In this document: piece after piece, positions 1 to 12,937 of the stretch
How positions within the stretch are numbered: the stretch's first letter is position 1
Layout of the letters: each line of letters starts with the position of its first letter
From: Oopsacas minuta
Taxonomy: Eukaryota > Animalia > Porifera
Assembly: GCA_024704765.1 (NCBI GenBank)
Contig: JAKMXF010000325.1
Span: forward strand, 1 to 38,273
DNA: 38,273 nt
Direction of reading: 5' to 3'
Translations under genes and position numbers: made by a program
The notes under the pieces: generated by a model
The model's database searches: none
The model's input: the letters and a program-made list of their open reading frames with translations, nothing else
What the model was told of the DNA's origin: nothing

Positions 1-50
1 ATACTTTATTCACTCTACTGAGTAGACGAAATAAATAATTTCACAAAGCT

Positions 51-99
51 GGTGGGGGGGTATGCATACCCCCCATACCCCCCCCTAGATCCGCCACTG
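51..99. mobile_element. Right end of a hAT-like MITE (partial)
   Basis: G/C-run block ending ...CCCCCTAGATCCGCCACTG, the reverse complement of a CAGTGGCGGATCTAGGGGG hAT-type terminus; partner end not in window. Confidence 0.35.
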
Positions 100-1254
100 G
101 AATTTTTTGATAAGATTTATAATTAGGACAGCTCTTTGATTATTATTCATATTATATGGCAAAACTCGAGCAAATTATGCAAGTTGTCGGTAGTGATATA
201 GTAATATTCTTCTATAATTGTATATATTAATAAATGATTAGAAATAGGCTAAAATTTGAATATCTACCATTAAGGCATTAGATGATGCTATTCCTATCCT
301 ATTTACGATTCTCTGAATGCTCTTAGCAGTTCCTCAATCAATCCTGGACATACATACATACATGGACATAAACAATGAGTTTTATATTACAGTAGAACCT
401 CTGGGATCCAAGGAGTGTCCTCCGGATTGTGCTCGGATTTTAGAATTTGCTCCGATCTCAGAAATAACATGCATTTTGTATATAATCTAATATATTTTGT
501 GATGCATTACAATTGGCGAATCTAAGTGACAAGGCGCTCGTCGTTGCGTGATGCTCCAAATATAAAGGATCGTCTTTTGAGACAATTTTCGATCTGATCA
601 CGATCACGATCCCAATCGAACGATCTTTGTTCGAAACATACTAATTACCTATCTACTACTTTGTCGTATCATAAATAGATAAACTCATTGGAGCTCATTC
701 TAAGTAACATATATATAGATTACACAAATTTCCGAAAAATAACTAATAATTGATACAAGTCATTTAGTCCAAATCGGTATTTCTACCCCCCCTAATGCAC
801 CCAAAAAATTCAACTTTTAGAAAGGAGGAAAGATAATTCAGAAAGGCAAAATAAACCAACCTCCAAAACACCAGGTTTCGAATGTATGAGGAAAGTACGG
901 CAAAGAAACTACTATTTACATGATTCATGTTAGCTGAAGTAAATCAACAGCTAATTTTCTTGATGCTTTTGCTCGCTACGCGAACTATTTTGAGAATTTC
1001 ATAATACTCGAGACACGGAATGCCCAGATGTGGGGAGATTTTTAACAACATAATGGCCTTTTAACCTAAGATATTACGTTATTTCGAACTGGGAATAGTT
1101 GGATGACATGACTTGTGTTGATTATTACTTATCAGTAATAAATTAACTCGAGCCAATAGGCGCGAATTCGATATTATCGAGAATACTAAATTACATACCA
1201 AATTTAATAGACTTGAAGTAATCTATGGTACATGAAAATATGGCAAATGAACAG

Positions 1255-1588
1255 GCGAGGTGCATGCAAAATTCCAAATTCGTATGTGCATTGGTCCAAA
1301 ATGTATAAGTTTAGGTTGGTAAAAAAAGATCAAAAACAGTATTAGTCCAGATTTTTGGAGATTGAATGCATGCACTGACGAGGAAATTTCGTCGCGGGGA
1401 AATATAGTCATTTACTTTTGTTGTTTTGAGTTTAAATACTCTCAGCAACTCACAGCCTGCTCCAGATCCAACTCACGCAAACATCACCAAAAATTTGGAC
1501 TAATATCGATTTTGGTATTTGCACTAACGCAAACATATGAAATTTGGACTAATGCATACATACGAATTTGGACCAACGACGCGACCCC
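1255..1588. mobile_element. Non-autonomous element made of MULE terminal-repeat sequence
   Basis: 1340-1588 is the near reverse complement of 22155-22410 (left end of the MULE at 22.2-24.6 kb); internal TTTGGACTAA repeats in both orientations; no ORF of note. Confidence 0.6.
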
Positions 1589-2859
1589 GAACAGGCTATA
1601 GTTAGGTAGGCTGTGGTTTAATACGTATTATACAACTTAAATATAATGCGATCGGAGTGCAATCATAAATTTTTAGTGTAGCTCCTATAGGGAGATGTCA
1701 TAATGGCATTAACGATGTACTACGGTCGTACTGAATCTAGCTGTCCGATTAACATGAAACTAGGTATACATATACATTTTGGCTCGGAGATTGCACATCT
1801 AGTATGAGTCTTATCTAAAGTGAAATTTCACACCTCTTTTGTGATTACACATATTTACGTATATTTGAAAGTGATGCTAGAAATTTCGTTTTGACAGTTA
1901 GTCATGGATAATAAAGTATGTAGATTCCAATTGTGACATTTTCAAATCCACATCATATTTTCACACCTTTTTTAAATATTTCGAAATCATGCTAGCATTT
2001 AGTTTCAATGGCATGGTTAGTTAGGGGGGAATTAGATGACGATGTGTCCGAATAGTCCTCAAATCTATATGATTAAGATTAATTATTGAGAATCTTAATC
2101 ATATAGATTGGAGGGGTAATCGGACACATCGTCGCCTGGACATTTCGTCGCCGAACATTCATCGCTTCACAGTCTACATCCGCCCTCTCGAATGACCGTT
2201 AACTCAAACATTTGGAACAGATTTTGATTTGAACTAAAGGTCGATATACTGGATGTTGAGTGCATGATAACCATCATTCATATACTATAATATATTTCGA
2301 GATTGGAAGAATCAATGTTGAATGAAAACAGATGAGAGATAAATTAGTAGGCCAATACGTATTAAGTATGAATAAATGATTTTGTAATGTAAACTATTCC
2401 TCTTAGAATTAAAAGTTGCAAGTTATCACTCGCAAATATGAGAGAGTTTCTCTATTATCGTAGTTAGCGGCAATACTTAAAATTCTTTCATTTCTCGCTG
2501 CATTAAGATTTGGTACTACTTTGAATGTACTGTCTGCGAACCAATTGCTCGAATCTCGCAAAGTGAGAGCATTTGTGTGTACCAAAATTCATATTATGTG
2601 ACATCGCCAATCCCGGAATGAAATAATAAAAATGATTGTCCTTTCAATGTTGTGTTGTTCTGAATTTTTCAGGACTAGTTATACCTTTGTCGACATTGAA
2701 ATATTAAAATCTTCTCTACCAGATGTTAAAAATAGAAATTTTTAAGCTTTTCGTAGGAGTGATCTATTAACAACAACTAAATGGACAAATGGACGTATTC
2801 CTCAAAGCGGATGTTGACAGTAATATACGACGAGGATGGGATGGCATTCACACATGTGA

Positions 2860-3320
2860 GTATAATCTGGGCTAGCCCAGAATATACCCGGTATATTCTG
2901 TCCTAGTACAGATTATATCTTCGGTATGAAGTGGGCTAGCTGAGAATATACTTGGTATAATTTAAGCTAGAACAGATTTACTCCCTGCCTACATTAGGTC
3001 ATTTGCAAGTATGAGGCGACTAGAGTCATCTATGTATTCATTAAGCACACCATAAATGATGCAAATTTGTTGCATGCAACAAGGTAATAACATGGCGCAA
3101 CATTTTGCATCGTGTATGGTGGACTTTAAGAAAACATAGATGACACCAGACGCTCACACTTTTGCACATGACGTAATAAAGGTAGGGACTATAATCTGTC
3201 TTAGCCCATATTAAACCCTGAATATTCTGAGTTAGCCCACTTCATACCCGGGGTATAATCTAGGCAGGCTTGTTCAACCTTTGCAGGATATTTTGGCCTA
3301 GCCTATCATAACCCCCGAGC
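2860..3320. repeat. Degenerate inverted-repeat element with about 30-bp subrepeats (TATAATCT/GCTAGCCC motifs)
   Basis: Subrepeats at 2860-2990 recur in reverse orientation at 3185-3310 (e.g. GGTATGAAGTGGGCTA vs TAGCCCACTTCATACC). Confidence 0.45.
3041..3128. mobile_element. Short hairpin MITE nested in the repeat above
   Basis: Arms CACCATAAATGATGCAAATTTGTTGC and GCAACATTTTGCATCGTGTATGGTG, bounded by TTAA/TTTAA. Confidence 0.45.
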
Positions 3321-4116
3321 CGAGGGTTAAACTGGGTGGGGTTTGACCTGAGGTGCTACACAGGGCTGCACTACCAGTCTGTCGGCTGGTCAATTTTCAC
3401 CTACTTTAGTACTATCTGATTATAATACAAAATTCCTCAGAGAATTCTTTCTCCAAGGTGAAAAAATGACAAAACCACCACTGAATAGCGGAGAAAATTT
3501 AACTTTCCAAACATATATAAAATAATGATAAATAATTTTTCCGAGGCTGACCCATTTTATAGAACAAATTCTACAAACAATTCCCTGGCTAATTAATGTA
3601 TGATTAGAGCGCCATCTCTGATATTTTGACAATTTTCAGGCCTATCTAACATTAAATTATTAGAAGTTTATATTTTTGATAGACAGAATTCACTCCCTAT
3701 ACATGCGGCAAACTACAATTCATTAGCAGCCCAATATATTTGATGTCTAACACTTACGGTTGCGAACATATGATAGGTCCAAGAACTGATATTTCAAAAA
3801 ATCTTTTGTAATATAACATCAGGAATTATGTAATACCAACCCTGCTGAGAGCTAACTTAGAAATTTGAAAATTCATCAGAGGAATAAAATGTTTGCGGTA
3901 GTACCCGAAGGTTAAGAAAGACTGTTCTAAATTTATTTTGTTTTTTTGGCACTGGTACATTACCCATTGATCGCTTAAATCGATTCAACAGTTAAAAAGA
4001 TTCATCAGGATTAAAACTAATGCAGCAGATAAAGGTTTCAACTGTGCCGGGTAGCATAGCTACACTGCCTCCAGTATTATAGGACCACAAAAAGGAACTT
4101 ATGAATGATAAGAATT

Positions 4117-4479
4117 TTAACGTGTGATTTGGACAGCTAGAAGTAGTACCTTGGAATATAAGAGGTGATTATTAGAAAATAGTTCGGTGAAAATTTTATT
4201 AGTTGCTTGAGGCCACATAATTTCTTCAAAATATGAGTATAAGGATTCCTGTCCCAAAGAAGACTTAGCAGCTTGGAGAATCAACATTGAAATAATTGAA
4301 TAAGCGTATTTATCATCCGAATTTTTTATCTTGGAAATGATGTCAGGAAATGTTGATGAAAATGAAGAAAGAATAGTGGCACTTGAAGTTTGCGAGATTA
4401 GCTCCATATTATGTGTAGATTGTTTGTTCAACAATAGGGATAATTTTGCTTGAAGATCAACAGGGAAATCCATCCTCAA
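4117..4479 (-). other. Unidentified 120-aa ORF, possibly an exon or pseudo-exon of a helical host protein
   Basis: Open for 120 codons in very AT-rich DNA with protein-like composition; no recognisable motif. Confidence 0.25.
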
Positions 4480-4642
4480 TCCAAATAGAAATTGTGGTTA
4501 CTCTATAATAAGTTGATATAAAATATGGATAATTGAAATCAACTACAATTCACTTCTTACTTATCTCTGGTTCAAAAATAGTGAAATCATATACATTTAT
4601 TATCAATCATCAATAAAGTTTATCGCTATCAACCAGGCACTA

Positions 4643-5947
4643 CAGGGTGACACATAAATACTGTTACAAATATAAAAGGGCTGAAAACAAAAACTATTGG
4701 AGCGATCGTTTTAATATTCTAAATTATGTTTAGAAATACTATAGGGTTGAAAATTAAGAAAGTGTTACTCAAATATATCGCCTTTTGCCTTAAGGCAGCT
4801 CTTCAGACGGACGATGAAGGAGTCTACACTGGCACACACATGCTCATCCGGAATCTTTGACCACTCTCTTAATAATGTACTCTTAAGAACCTCAACTGAA
4901 CGATGGGGTGTAGCGTTAACCCTCTCCTCCAATAAGGACCATATAGAGAAGTCGAGGGACTTAAGGACTGGCGAACAAGGTGGCCACTCTTCGGAGAAAT
5001 GACCCCCGCAAAATTGGTCTTGCACCACATTTGAGTGGCTTTATCTTTGTGAGCTGGGGCAGAATCTTGCTGGAATACCCATAGGTCGTTTCCAAAATGT
5101 GATTGTGCCCAACGCTTCAAAACATTCTCAAGAATTGATTCCCGATAAACCGATCGGTTGATTTTCACACCTTGGGGGATAAATATCAAAGGTGTCCGAC
5201 CAGTTGCAGTAACCCCGGCCCATACCATCACTGAAGCTGGTTTCTGCGTTCTAGAGACCCGGAAAGTAGATTCAGGCAAAGTACTCTTATCGGTGACTAA
5301 AATCCTATGATTTTGCTTGTTTAGGACCTGCTGAACAGTAAATAATTTCTCATCAGAGAAAAGGATCTGCTTGTGTCGACCATTGGTGAAACGTGAAAGC
5401 ATGGCCTTGCATCCTTCCAACTTCATACTTTTATTTTGGCTGTGAGGAGTTGTCTTTTTTCATTTTGTACGCTTTCATGCCCAAATCATTACAAACAAGC
5501 CTCCGCATCGATTCCCTGTTTGTATTTGTTTCAATGGCCATTTTTCGGATACTTCGGGCGGGATTTTGTTTAATCCGTTGAGCATCCTCTTGGTCAAAGA
5601 AATCGTCCGTGCAGTACGTGGACGTCCAGATCGTGGTTGGTCTAACACGTTCCCTGTATCAGCAAACCGTGACAAGGTCTGCGAAATAAACATCCTATTG
5701 TAACTGAGCAAAGAGGCAATTTCACTTCTGCATTTTCCGGCATTGAATAACTCAATAACAGCTGAACGACGAGTCTCCATTACAAAATGTTGAAATTATA
5801 AAACTTTTAAGTGAGATATAGCTGGTGTGATTTATTGAGATAAAATAGATATGTAGTACAATAAATTGGATAAGTTTCAACGCTATTGAATTATATTCAT
5901 CTACAATATGGTAGTTTTATAAGTTGTAACAGTATTTATGTCACTTG
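4643..5947 (-). mobile_element. Tc1/mariner superfamily element, maT (DD37D) family, about 1.3 kb
   Basis: Left TA+CAGGGTGACACATAAATACTGTTACAA; right TTGTAACAGTATTTATGT (18-bp perfect inverted core, outer end degraded); encloses transposase fragments. Confidence 0.85.
4765..5780 (-). pseudogene. Frameshifted maT/DD37D transposase
   Basis: N-terminal HTH ending RSGRPR, FSDEK, VMVWAG, QQDSAPAH, WPPCSPVLKSLDFSIW; repairing one frameshift leaves 37 residues between the 2nd and 3rd Asp; at least three frameshifts. Confidence 0.88.
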
Positions 5948-6208
5948 GACATGTATCATGGATGTGTTGATGCCGTTAATTTGTAGAGTTTGGAAAAACT
6001 GTGTTTAGCATCAATTATAGATTCTAATATGCAACAATGGTAGGATCGGAATATGTTCTTCACTATGTTCAATCAGTATTACCCAATCCACCCACCCAGA
6101 CTAACTTTGGAGTATATAATAGATTATAATTGACAATTCCAAGGTAAATTACGAACAAATCAGCAGTTCAACAATCACAAAAACAACTTTAAAACACCAA
6201 TAAAAGCA

Positions 6209-6330
6209 GTATACATCTAGTTGAGAATCAATAAGGGTAAATACAAATCTAGCTAATCTTCAATGAGGGTAAATACACATCGAGTTGATCTTCAATGAGG
6301 GCAAATACACAAGTAATTAATCTTCAATAA
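6209..6330. repeat. Minisatellite, about four copies of a 30-32-bp unit
   Basis: ATAC anchors at 6211, 6241, 6273, 6305; unit approximately GTAAATACACATCGAGTTGATCTTCAATGAGG. Confidence 0.7.
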
Positions 6331-6718
6331 TTGTAATGTTTCCAAGAAATGTTGTATTTGATCAGCATTCGAGTCTTGATCACTAAACATTTCCGACAAG
6401 CGTACTTAAATAATTTGTCAATGAAATTGGACCCTCTACAGATGAAAATATGAAAGAAAACAATATAGAATTTTTGATCATTGTAGTTCTCTTTAACTCT
6501 CTAGTATTAGAGAATAGGTAGAATGAGTCCTCTCTAATTCTCCACCAGTGGGCAATGGGCTCCGAAGCAGATAGTTACAATATTCGAAGTTGAATAACAA
6601 TTACAAGATATTTATGAATAAGTGAGCAATTAGATAACTCGGATAATTAGAGAAGATCCTTGTTATATGGAAGTCGTTGCCAGACATTTTCTATAGAGTC
6701 CGAAGTGATGTTCTAAAA

Positions 6719-7079
6719 CAGAGGTTCCCAACTGTTTTCACCCGTGGACCCAATACCAATTTTAAGACATTCTGTGGATAGAGTGTAATACAAATTCTGA
6801 GAAGCTGTAGACCAGTGTTCTCGCCAGGATTATGCAATAGGGGGGTGCGTCGTACACACTCTGTGCACATACGCGTAAAAATACAACCTTAAGGAAAAAG
6901 AAGATGATGGCCCGTTTTTTGGGTGAATATATAACATTGTTTATCCATGATAGAGGGGTACACTATGTCTATTTAGGCACGATAGGGGGGTGCATAATCA
7001 CAATAAGGGGTGGCTGCGCCCCCCCAAAAGGCCTAGCGAGAACACTGCTGTAGACCACCAAGGGGTTTGGGAACCTCAG
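6719..7079. mobile_element. Outer hAT-type MITE
   Basis: Ends CAGAGGTTCCCAA / TTGGGAACCTCAG; flanks TTCTAAAA and TTCTAAGG (6/8 match, degraded 8-bp TSD). Confidence 0.65.
6813..7047. mobile_element. Inner hAT-type MITE (235 bp) nested in the outer MITE
   Basis: TIRs CAGTGTTCTCGCCAGG / CCTAGCGAGAACACTG; perfect 8-bp TSD CTGTAGAC at 6805-6812 and 7048-7055. Confidence 0.88.
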
Positions 7080-7678
7080 TTCTAAGGGGTCGTTTTGAAT
7101 TTTGCAAGTTGGCAAGGATGTGATATGGCATTCTCTTGTCAGTCTATGAATTTGACAATGAAATACAGGTTGAATCTAGTTCAAGCGTGAAAGCTTACGG
7201 TGTAAATTTTCCAAATTTACCTAGGCTTTGAAATCACTGAAAATTTGATGATATAGATCAAATTTTCAATGGTTTAACCCTAGTAGGCTATATCCATAAG
7301 ATATTTATTTGAATATCCGGGGAAAACAAAAAGATTTATGAATAATTCACTAATTCATGAATTAGTCAATGGAAATTTTCGGAGATTACACAAAATCGCA
7401 GAATCGCTCAATTAGAAATTATTAGTATATTATTTATAGCTATATGCCATTAGTAAGTATATACAATATTATAATTGGCTCCACTCTAACATAGCATAGT
7501 AATCGTTTGTAAGTCGATCTGATTTCGAGGAATATTCCACTGGAAATCCCTGGATTTGCTCGGAATGCTGATAGTTCATAGCTAATTAGTATTTCACTCT
7601 TTTGTTAACACACTGTCTATTTCTCACAGATATAATAAACAGTAGACATAACTCAACAACTTACTAAATATAATAAGA

Positions 7679-9420
7679 CATGGCTACTATATATACGGCT
7701 AGCTAAGCAAAGAATTGACAAAATTATATCCACAGTGTAGAATTATATGGTAATAGGTGAAAATTTGACTTCGCAATTTACCAAAACTAATGTGCATTCG
7801 ATTCTACACTATTTCAAACCTAGAATATGCTGTTATTAGTTACCTAATGAACTTATAACTTGTCTAACCAAAGCCTCAAAATTGGGCTAAAATTTGAAAT
7901 TTGAAAACCTGATAACCACAAATATTTATTCTTCTAATACCCCTGCGATATTTCAACATTCCAGGATTTTTAGTAATTCAATGGCATTTATCAGTATTAT
8001 TATGCATTATGGGATTAATTTTGACTCATTTGAAAACAAATTAAATATTTAATTTTTCATTCTCAAGCATTTATTGCCGTCTATTTTTATCCGTATTTCA
8101 GCTTCTTGACCTACATTTTAGGTCCCCGATCTTACAATGGAAATAATTGCGAGTTGAATAGTCGACAATTTCGCATAGTATATCTTTCTAAATTTCATTC
8201 TCAATAATTCTAGACCCGCCCAAAGGCGCCCACTTATACTTTTTTTGACATTGAGTGTATGGGGCACACCAATTCGGATGAAATGTATTATTAGAAAAAT
8301 TTTAATTTTCATTATAAAATTTTATAATTACTCTATTTCTAATTCATTAGTATCATTTTATGAAATATCCAATGCAGAATTGAATTCAGTATATGCATTG
8401 TTATTCAATTTTATCAATAAATAGGGCTGGCTGATATAAAACACTCAAATTTTAGAACTCCATTATTTTTGAAGCATAATTGTTAATTAAATCAAATACC
8501 ACAAATTACGTCATCGTTCCATTTTCTGAAGTGTAACTAAATTATGGTATCATTTTTGAAATCTACAAAGTCAATTTACTTTATATGACAACATTTTAAC
8601 AAATTTCTTCAGTGTAAGTACCTATTACCCCATAATCGCCATTTTGCCACACTGTGCCATTGAATATATTCTATTTGATCATGAAGAATTGCAGTTATCA
8701 CTAGAAATTCAACTGTAAATAGGATTCTACACACGGCGAAGACATCTAGAATACTTTTGAACTTGCTTTCCAAGTTATTTTAACCACAATGGCGCAATCA
8801 AAGTTCATGCCCATATACGGTAATTTTTTCATATTTATCAATTTATTCAGAATTTCTCAAAACTTAAACTAGTCCTTTTTATCAAAATACCTTCCACTTG
8901 TTAAGTGTTAGTTTAAGTAATCAAAAGATGATCTTCATTTTCATAATCACTCATTAAATAATCATTTTAGTGATATTCGCAGTAATAACAACATTAGAAT
9001 ATCAATCCTAGAAAATCGAAGAAATTCCATCAAACAATGTATCCGAACACAAAATAGGTCATAATTGTTAACCATTTTTATAAATTTATTTAATACGGTC
9101 TTTTTATTGTGTTTTTGTGCTAAGTTAATACGTATCATGATTCATTTCATGGGATTTGTGGGTTTTTGATAATATCGGTATATATTAGTAGAATAACTAC
9201 CATTATTGAAGGTGAACTTTGATTGCGTCATTGTGGTTAAAATAACTTGGAAAGCAGGTCCAAAAGTATTCTAGATGTCTTCACCGTATGTAGAATCCTA
9301 TTTACAGTTGAATTTCTAATGATAACTGCAATTCTTCATGATCAAACAGAATATATTCAATGGCCTGGATATTATTTTGGCAGTTCTTTGCTTAGCTAGC
9401 CGTGTATAAAGTAGGCCATG
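7679..9420. mobile_element. Long-inverted-repeat (foldback) non-autonomous element with about 200-bp arms; left arm interrupted
   Basis: 7679-7730 plus 8657-8807 is the reverse complement of 9213-9420 at high identity; about 400-bp AT-rich spacer. Confidence 0.8.
7731..8656. mobile_element. Non-autonomous Transib/RAG-like element (926 bp)
   Basis: CACAGTG at 7731 and CACTGTG at 8650; second block GTAATAGGT 12 nt inside the left end and 21 nt inside the right end; splits the foldback arm exactly; no TSD. Confidence 0.75.
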
Positions 9421-9680
9421 GGTAGGCTATGCCGGAGCTGCAAGTAAACTAGAACGTCGGCGTTGTATCGTCCGCCTCAGGCTGTCCAGTTTGGGTACTT
9501 TAGCAGTAATACACTCTGATGCTGTTTGCAAACTCTCGCCCACCTTGTGGTGGCGCTATCCTGGGACTCCCGTGCTTTCCTCTTCATGTCTGCCTTCGCT
9601 TCACAACAGCCCGCTGCCTGCTCATCAGGCTCATGGGAGTGCTCTTTCGTGCTATCCAATTGAAAGAATTTTCCGTGTGC
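9421..9680 (-). pseudogene. MULE (FLYWCH-type) transposase fragment
   Basis: KEHSHEPD...EAKADMKRKARESQDS then, in another frame, AKVPKLDSLRRTIQRRR: the linker that typically follows FLYWCH in animal MULE transposases; GC-rich island. Confidence 0.6.
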
Positions 9681-10989
9681 AGAAATAATTATTAGAAAAT
9701 GGATTAATTACTCGTACTTCATTTAATTAATTAATTTATATCATATCAAAAAATTGACCAATCAAATTAGGTGCTAATTGTCAATATCCGTATGAATCAT
9801 TCGGATTTCAATATAGACTACTTGGGAATACTGATCATGTAAGTAAAAAATATCCTTCTGAACTTGTCTTGGATTCCATAACCACTGTTTGGAAGATTAT
9901 CACTGTTATCGAATAAATTGCAGAAATGATGAGGATTTTTGTCGAAGGATCATCTAGGCAGAATCCTCGCAAATCTGTATTCACTGAATCGAATTGTTTA
10001 ATAGCTAATAAGGTGAAAATTACAATTCCAGGGTACTTTCAAAGGATTAGAGAAACGAAAGCTGAAAAACATTAATTCTTAGTACTTTCACTGGCAAAAT
10101 ACCTAACTGATCCTATATGTAAACAGTGTTAAGTAATTATGTTCTCTTCATCTATTTTGTACTTGTAATTTGACTCAATTGCAATTTTTCTTGTAGTTTC
10201 TATCTATTTTATTGGCAATTAAAATATTCATTATTACATTCCTGACTAACTACCTTTGTGGTTTACTGAATTTGACAATATAATGATGGAAATTCCATCT
10301 AGTGGTAATTCTATTTGAGATAATTATACTTGTATATGGAACTGGAACTGAATCATACTATGTAATCGGAACAATAACGTAACTATAGGGAGAGTTTTAG
10401 GAAATTCAATTTATTGGTTTTAATATATACTTCATTAGACTTTTGCAATATCATGAAGATTTCAAGAACTTCCATAATTCCCTCTGAGATATTCTGAATT
10501 CTAAATCACTAACTCAATTTTACAGTTAGCTAAATTTTAAATATAATATTTCCCTAACTATCCATAAAGAATGGTTGACCATCAAATAATTTTGTCATTT
10601 GTCTTATTAGTCAGAATTCTAACCTATCATGTTACCAAATCGTGCAAGGTATGTATAATTAAATCAATAATAACAATTTAATCAGGCTGCTAAGCGTCGA
10701 TTTTAGTCTAATTGAGACTCACTTGAGAAACTACCAATTTTTTAATAAGTAATCTACATGAACCAGGTACGTCGATCGGTTACATTTTCGATCCCAACTT
10801 GCATTGATAAATTGCGCTGTCGGCTAATTCGCCTATACATACCCCATGGGTCAACATTTTCAAATTTCATTGTATCAACTTTAACCACCAGATTCGTAAT
10901 GGAAGGCGGATTTAGTTAAATCGTTTTAAAGCATCATTTAGAGGGTCGATGTCTGATATCGATGTCAATTTTTACTTAAAAGATTATCA

Positions 10990-12937
10990 GGTAAAGGCTG
11001 ATGCAAGTTCTGATTTTCCCCGACTTTAAGCAGTGTATTGCTTGCAGAGTATGTCTTCTTACCAACACAAATATTGTACACAATTGTGTAAATTGCTCAT
11101 GAACAGTATTAAATGACCTTCAAATCGGATATTGCTAACTGCAGAAAGAAAACCACTCCAGTTTGATTGCCGCTCGTTACACTAAACTAGAAGAATTTTC
11201 CTAATTGATTAGTTGGGATTATTTCAAAGAGTACCGATGCGTTCAAAGGTATACCAGGTTGTACTGTTTTCCGAGAACGGTATATGGATGATTCACATCC
11301 AGTAAAAGATATTTCACTTACATGTGGATCGTCTCTGGTAGTATCATCAAATACCTTTCGAAGGTTGGCTTGAGAACTTTTGGCAATAGTTTTGCATTTG
11401 GTCTTTACGAGGGGCACTCAATAAGTTTTGGTATTAAAAAATATGCATACATTTGTTTCTTGGTGTACTGAGTTCTACGAACCTTTGTTGGGAGACCTTC
11501 TCCAATTTCAACCATTGACGGCTCTGCTGCTTTGTTTCTGGATCATAGTGATAGATCCATGTTTCATCATCAGTTATTATCTTAGAAATATCTCTAAGGG
11601 TGCCATTTTTGAATTTTGTAAGCATTTCATGGCACCATTTCACTCGATTCTGCTTCTGCTCAGGATGGAGCTGATGTGGGATCCAACGGGCACAAAGTTT
11701 ACGTAGCTGAAGGGATTGGTGTAAAACGGTGTGCACTGCCCCGGATGAAATGCCAATTTCGTGCTGAATCCTCTCATATGTAACATTTGGGTCTGCTATC
11801 ACCATGTCCTCAATTGACTCAACAATTCCCTCTATAACAGCGTATAGAAGGTCCAGGGGCGGAGTTGGTCTTCAAGATTATAATTCCCACATTTAAATTC
11901 TCTGTACCATCTTTTCACTGTTGCCGCAGATACCTTGTTATTTGGAAAGGCTGTACAGAAACTTTCGTGATATTCTTTTATTGTTTTCAAAAGTTGAACT
12001 GAAAATGTATTATCGCACGAATATCACGTCTTGATAACTGTATTGAGGATTGGTAACTAAGATAATAAAACTACGCTATCTGAAAAGTATACAAGATAAA
12101 GTTACAATATTTTCAGCGAAGTATATTTATCCCCTGTTTATTCAAAATAAGTAATGGTTTACTTATATGAGAGCTCGCAACATAGTTAGAATACAACGAA
12201 TGTTAAAACTGTTGTACCTCTTGAACCTGGTAAGACAATTAATTCAACCTGGTATACAGAGAGTTGTTTGCCTCTAGTCATAAAAGCAATAAATTTACAG
12301 CGTCCTGGCAGAGGATTAAGGAGACTTTTTTGCACCACGATAATTCCAATTCTCATACATCACGAATGAAAAGACAATTCATTGAAGAATCAGGACTACA
12401 TATTTTGCCACACACCCTTTATTCTCCAGATCTAGCACCCTGCGACTTCTGGCTCTTTCCTAGAATAAAAAAATACCTTAAAGGCAGAAATTTTCTTCGA
12501 ATTCTGAACTTGAGGGAGCCCTCAGAGAAGTGATGGGAGACATCAACGAAAAGGAATTTCAAGAAGCTATTCAAGCTTGGTTTAAACGAATGAACAAGTG
12601 TATTCAAGCTAAGGGATGCTATTTCGAACAATTATAGTAAAAATAAATATAGATTGATGCTTATTGATACTTAGGCTCAAAGATTATTGAGTACCACTCG
12701 TAGATGATAAACTTCTGATCTATGTATATTCATCAACATCATGACTGTCTTGCTCTAGAAGTGTTATCAATCCAGTTTCACAATTTATTTGCTCGTTCCT
12801 TTGCATTTATGCCTGAATAATACGCATCTAAGGTAGATATAATTCCCCTTCAATTTAGATTGTATGTATATATTTCCATCTGAAGTTGTGAAAACTTTTC
12901 CGATGTTGCGTTTGTTTTCGTCAGTAATATATTCCAT
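10990..12937 (-). pseudogene. FLYWCH-MULE transposase relic interrupted by a mariner
   Basis: ATG at 12937: MEYITDENKRNIGKVFTTSDGNIYIQSKLKGNYIYLRCVLFRHKCKGT; removing the mariner and one TA joins ...EVYHL to KTKCKTIAKSSQANLRKVFDD; further FNTVHEQFTQLCTIFVLVRRHTLQAIHCL; homologous to the 22.7-24.3 kb copy. Confidence 0.8.
11408..12700. mobile_element. mariner (DD34D) element, 1,293 bp, with an internal inversion
   Basis: TA at 11406-7 and 12701-2; TIRs CGAGGGGCACTCAATAAGTTTTG vs CGAGTGGTACTCAATAATCTTTG (19/23); WIPHQL and ITDDETW on the minus strand; HHDN-34 aa-D (YSPDLAPCDFWLF) on the plus strand. Confidence 0.9.

Noticed and set aside
9610-9640. CTGATGAG on the minus strand as a possible hammerhead ribozyme core
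   Set aside because: No correctly placed GAAA or stems; the sequence encodes EPDEQ of the MULE fragment
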